This document shows, one piece after another, positions 60,177-64,000 of a stretch of 64,000 nucleotides of DNA (position 1 is the stretch's first letter; each line of letters begins with the position of its first letter). The notes beneath the pieces are model-generated. The model was not told the DNA's origin. It saw only the letters and a list, made by a program, of their open reading frames with translations, and made no database searches. The stretch is from positions 160,001 to 224,000 of the forward strand of contig CAVXTM010000001.1 in the NCBI GenBank assembly GCA_963764725.1. Direction: 5' to 3'. This DNA is from an uncultured Gammaproteobacteria bacterium. Its GTDB lineage: Bacteria > Pseudomonadota > Gammaproteobacteria > JACCXJ01. The position numbers and the translations under genes are program-made.

Positions 60177-62087
60177 ATGCAGCCTAAGGGGAAAACGATC
60201 ATGTCCAAGCGTTTGAAAACATGGCATCTGCGCGGTGCCGCCTTCCTGCATGATCTCATGATGATTCCGCTCGCCTGGCTGTGCGCTTATTGGTTGCGTT
60301 TTAATCTCGGAACGATCCCGCAGGAATTTTTGACCGCGGGGATCGGCGCCCTGTTCGTGGTCGTCCCCATACAGTGCGTAATTTATTGGTATGTCGGCCT
60401 CTACCGGGGAGTATGGCGTTTTGCGTCGCTGCCCGATCTCATGCGCATCGGGCAGGCCGTGCTAGCGGGTGCGCTCGTGTGCGCGACGGTATTGTTCATG
60501 GTCACCCGGCTGCATGGAGTGCCGCGTTCGGTCTTTCCTCTCTACGCGATCATTCTCGGGGGCTTGCTCGGCGGCCCGCGCTTCGCCTTCCGCTGGTTTA
60601 AGGACTATCCCCTGCGCTCCCGCACCGGCCAGCGGGTCATCATCGTGGGCGCGGGACAGGGGGGCGAGTTGCTCGTCCGCGACTTGATGCGCGATCCGGA
60701 ACGCCGCTACCGGCCGGTCGCGTTTTTGGACGACGATCTCGCGAAAACGGGGCGCGAGATCCATGGCCTGCGGGTGCTGGGGACGAGCGATGACTTGCCC
60801 ACCGCGGTGGATCGCCTGGATGCGCGGATGGTGATGATCGCCATTCCCTCGGCAAATTCGCGTCAGATGAAGCGTCTTGTCGAGCTGGCGGAGCGATCCG
60901 GACTGCCGGTGCGCACCTTGCCGAGCATCCATGACGTGCTGGCCGGCCGCGCCGGGATAAATGAGCTCCGGGAGGTGCTGATCGAGGACCTCCTGGGGCG
61001 CGAGCCGGTGGCGCTCAACTGGAACCTGATTCGGTCCTGCCTCTCAGGAAAGGTCGTGTTAATTACGGGCGCCGGGGGCTCCATCGGGGCGGAGCTATGC
61101 CGTCAGATCGCTCAGTTGTCGCCGGGAAAGCTCGTCGTCGTCGATCAGTCCGAGTTCAATCTTTACGAGTTGGAGCTCGATCTCAAGACAGTCTTTCCGG
61201 ACGTGGAGACGAGCGTTCATCTGTGTAATGTCTGCGACGAAGCCGCGGTACGGCGCCTAATGCAGCGCCACGCACCCGAGGTTGTGTTCCATGCCGCGGC
61301 CTTTAAGCACGTGCCCATGCTCGAGTCGCAACTGCGCGAGGCCGTACACAACAACGTGCTTGGGACCAAGACCGTGGCCGAGGCCGCGCTTGCCGCCCGG
61401 GTGAGCCAATTCGTGCTCATCTCGACGGATAAGGCCGTGAATCCCGTGAATGTCATGGGGGCGAGCAAACGCGTCGCCGAGATAATCTGTGAGAATTTGC
61501 AGCATCGCTCCGCCACTCGCTTTACGACCGTTCGCTTCGGAAACGTCTTGGGCTCGGCGGGGAGTGTGGTCCCGTTATTTCGTAAACAGATCGGCTCGGG
61601 CGGCCCGGTGACCGTGACCCACCCGGAGGTCATGCGGTACTTCATGACTATCCCGGAGGCGTGCCAGCTGATCATGCAGGCCGCCGCGATTAGCGAGGGT
61701 GGTGAAATCTTCGTGCTCGATATGGGGGAGCCGGTTAAGATCAGCGATCTCGCCGAGCAAATGATCCGACTCTCGGGGAAAGTCCCGGGCGCGGAGATCG
61801 AGATCGTGTATACGGGCTTACGGGCCGGGGAGAAGCTTTTCGAGGAACTATTCCACGATCAGGAAGCCTTGCGCGCGACCAAGCACAAAAAGATTTTGCG
61901 GGCGCGACACCGGCATGTCGATTCCCACGTGCTTAAATCGACCTTGGCCGAAATGGCCGAAGCCGTGGCCCGCTACGATGAGGAACGCTTACAGTGCTTG
62001 CTACGCCGCTTGGCGCCTGAATTCGCAACCCAAGCGGCCGAGAGCGCGACGGCCGCGGTGGTACCGTTTACCCCGCGCGCGGGATAA
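60177..62087 (+). CDS. wbpM: Membrane-bound UDP-GlcNAc 4,6-dehydratase (WbpM/CapD family)
   Basis: N-terminal TMs, GAGQGG, TGAGGSIG, HAAAFKHVP, STDKAV, MGASK, RFGNVLGS. Confidence 0.92.
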   Translation: MQPKGKTIMSKRLKTWHLRGAAFLHDLMMIPLAWLCAYWLRFNLGTIPQEFLTAGIGALFVVVPIQCVIYWYVGLYRGVWRFASLPDLMRIGQAVLAGALVCATVLFMVTRLHGVPRSVFPLYAIILGGLLGGPRFAFRWFKDYPLRSRTGQRVIIVGAGQGGELLVRDLMRDPERRYRPVAFLDDDLAKTGREIHGLRVLGTSDDLPTAVDRLDARMVMIAIPSANSRQMKRLVELAERSGLPVRTLPSIHDVLAGRAGINELREVLIEDLLGREPVALNWNLIRSCLSGKVVLITGAGGSIGAELCRQIAQLSPGKLVVVDQSEFNLYELELDLKTVFPDVETSVHLCNVCDEAAVRRLMQRHAPEVVFHAAAFKHVPMLESQLREAVHNNVLGTKTVAEAALAARVSQFVLISTDKAVNPVNVMGASKRVAEIICENLQHRSATRFTTVRFGNVLGSAGSVVPLFRKQIGSGGPVTVTHPEVMRYFMTIPEACQLIMQAAAISEGGEIFVLDMGEPVKISDLAEQMIRLSGKVPGAEIEIVYTGLRAGEKLFEELFHDQEALRATKHKKILRARHRHVDSHVLKSTLAEMAEAVARYDEERLQCLLRRLAPEFATQAAESATAAVVPFTPRAG

Positions 62088-62090
62088 GGC
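62007..62090 (+). repeat. 84-bp direct repeat copy 1 (wbpM 3' end)
   Basis: 75/84 identical to 63913-63996 by manual alignment. Confidence 0.92.
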
Positions 62091-62427
62091 ACAGATCCCG
62101 CCGTCATTGCGGCGCTTGGCCCGCGGGGCGCGCACGAGGCTGACGCCCACCGACCATGAGTTTCTTCAGCATGATAATAGTCTCCAATTGTTGTTGAAAT
62201 TAAGTTCCTCGAGCGCTCTGCCGTCTTAGCTTAGCGCACCTTTGCAAACCTGACCGCGGCGGGCGTAGGTGATCGTGGTGAGACCGCTGATGACGCCTAC
62301 CACCAGCAGTAACGTGGCCATCGCCGCTTTGGTTTCGATCCCAAAGTCGTCTCCTTGGCCAACGCCTAGCGGGATCGCCTCGGAGCGCTGACAGCGCTCG
62401 GCACCCGCCTTCTCCTAACCTTCGGCC

Positions 62428-63834
62428 CTACAGCGCCCGCAGGAACGAAACCAGGTCCTTCTTCTCGGCTTCGGTAAGCTTCGTTCCAAGCACGAGATTG
62501 AAGAATTCTACCGTGTCGTCCAGAGTCGGCAGCCGTCCGTCATGCAGGTAGGTCGGCGAGTCCTTGATTCCGCGCAAGGGGAAGGTCTTGATGGGGCCGT
62601 CAGCCGAGGCCATCCGGCCATTGATCATCCGCGGCTCGTAGAAACGCTCCACCTTCAGGTTGTGCATGAGGTTGTCCGTGTAATAGGGTGGGGCATGGCA
62701 GGTGGCACACTGCCCCTTACCGAAGAACACTTGTTGGCCGCGCAACTCCGCCGCACTAGCCTGGGTCTTGTCCAGCTTGCCAAACACATCCAGTTTGGGT
62801 GCCGGCGGGAAGTCTAGCAGTTCCTGGAACTCGGCCATAGCGTGGACCTGGCTGCCGCGCTCGAGGATATTCACGCCCTTCTTCTGGGCGATCACGGGAT
62901 CGCCGTCGAAGTAGGCCGCGCGTTGCTCGAACTCGGTGAAGTCCTCCACGCTCCGTAGGGCGCGCTGGGAGCCAAACAGGCGCTGGATATTGACCCCCCG
63001 CAAGGAAGGGGTGTCGATGCGGTGGCGAAACTCCTGAGGCCGGATGTCGCCCACCAAGTGGGTGCTGGCGTTGGTGTGCCCGTTCGCGTGGCATTCGAAA
63101 CACACCACACCCCGGCTCGGCTTCTCCGTGCGCCGGTCCTCGGTCTGGTTGAACTGTTGCTGTGGGAAGGGAGTGACCAACAGTCGCACTCCCTCAATCT
63201 GCTTCGGATTTAGGATGCCGTTGAACAACTCATAGTAGTTCATTATAGTCACCAGCTTGCCCTTCGAGACATCCCCGAGATCAGGCCGCGTGGTCAGGAA
63301 GATTGGCGCTGGGAAATCAGGTAAGAAGTGCTCCGGCAGGTCAAAGTCCAGGTCGAAACGGGTGAGGTCTCGGTCTTCCTGTTTCTTGATCTCCTCAATG
63401 TGAAATTCCGGGAAGACCATCCCACCTTCCCCGTGGTTGGGATGAGGCAAAGGGAAAAATCCTTTCGGAAATACGTCTTGCTGCCGGATGTCCTCTGGGG
63501 TCATCGCCGCCAGCTTCTCCCAGGTCATATCCTCGGCCAGTTTGACCCGCACGCCTTCCTGGAGTGCCTTGCCGCCGGTCATGGTCACGCCTTCAGCGGG
63601 GCGATCGGACAGGTCATAGCGTTCCTCAAGCAAGGCCTCTTGCCGTTGCATGACCTGGGGCTTAGCCGCCTTCATGCGTGCCATGGTGCTGGCAAAGTTC
63701 TCCGTGATATTCACGGGCGCGTAGCTCGATGGTGCTTCTTCGGCAGACGCCGAGCCAAATAAGCCCAGGCTGGCGGCCGCCACACCGAAGAGTATCCGCG
63801 TCGGGATGAGGACGTTTCGCTTCTGTTGCAACAT
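62428..63834 (-). CDS. Exported di-heme cytochrome c (bacterial CcP/MauG superfamily)
   Basis: Signal peptide, CFECH and CATCH heme motifs, DTPSLRG, PLRG..PTYLHDGR. Confidence 0.85.
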   Translation of the reverse strand: MLQQKRNVLIPTRILFGVAAASLGLFGSASAEEAPSSYAPVNITENFASTMARMKAAKPQVMQRQEALLEERYDLSDRPAEGVTMTGGKALQEGVRVKLAEDMTWEKLAAMTPEDIRQQDVFPKGFFPLPHPNHGEGGMVFPEFHIEEIKKQEDRDLTRFDLDFDLPEHFLPDFPAPIFLTTRPDLGDVSKGKLVTIMNYYELFNGILNPKQIEGVRLLVTPFPQQQFNQTEDRRTEKPSRGVVCFECHANGHTNASTHLVGDIRPQEFRHRIDTPSLRGVNIQRLFGSQRALRSVEDFTEFEQRAAYFDGDPVIAQKKGVNILERGSQVHAMAEFQELLDFPPAPKLDVFGKLDKTQASAAELRGQQVFFGKGQCATCHAPPYYTDNLMHNLKVERFYEPRMINGRMASADGPIKTFPLRGIKDSPTYLHDGRLPTLDDTVEFFNLVLGTKLTEAEKKDLVSFLRAL

Positions 63835-63912
63835 GATTCACTCCTCCGCGCTATTAAGGCGCAAATTCAACGTTAACACGCTACCAGAGTTTTTTTCCAT
63901 TCGAATGGCGGG

Positions 63913-63996
63913 CGCTTGGCGCCTGAATTCAAAACCCGGGCGGGCGAGAGCGCGACGGCCGCGGTGGTGCCCTTTACCGCTCGCGCGGGATAAGGC
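63913..63996 (+). repeat. 84-bp direct repeat copy 2 (orphan wbpM 3' end)
   Basis: Encodes RLAPEFKTRAGESATAAVVPFTARAG*. Confidence 0.92.
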
Positions 63997-64000
63997 TGAT

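Noticed and set aside
1-64000. tRNA or rRNA genes
   Set aside because: No cloverleaf or rRNA signature was recognised; a tRNAscan/Rfam run would be needed to exclude them fully.

Overview
This window is a large, mosaic surface-polysaccharide (LPS O-antigen/capsule) region from a GC-rich bacterium. The wbpL/wbpM-type genes and the GTAG-type REP suggest a proteobacterium, but the host cannot be fixed from sequence alone. (1) 0-12 kb, minus strand: NeuB-family synthase, HAD phosphatase, Wzm/Wzt with a C-terminal extension, epimerase, GT2, SGNH protein, KpsS/capsule-type transferase, GT2, GT4. (2) 12-23 kb: rmlB, a decayed rmlA, two large GT4/RgpF proteins (one with an N-terminal sulfotransferase and a 42-bp tandem-repeat coiled coil) and an epimerase. 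(3) 23-37 kb: a dense pile of mobile elements. An IS21 element splits a methyltransferase gene and carries a truncated ISKra4 and an IS1634, which in turn carries a group II intron in its terminal repeat. An IS256 remnant, an unusual TIR-less element splitting a DUF2207-like tail, a second group II intron remnant and an intact IS630 follow. (4) 37-47 kb: intact and decayed sulfotransferase-like, methyltransferase, GT2 and wzt genes. (5) 47-57.5 kb, minus strand: regulator, DegT aminotransferase, MBL hydrolase, GT2, CMP-ulosonate synthetase, 2-hydroxyacid dehydrogenase, SDR, Wzm/Wzt, GT4 and a Maf-type transferase. (6) wbpK/V-like epimerase, wbpL and wbpM, then a di-heme cytochrome c gene flanked by an 84-bp duplication of the wbpM 3' end. 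The best novelty candidates are the TIR-less element with a YDK...RxE protein, the sulfotransferase-ruler-polymerase protein, and a possible NeuB-independent CMP-ulosonate pathway. All family calls come from motif recognition, not database searches.
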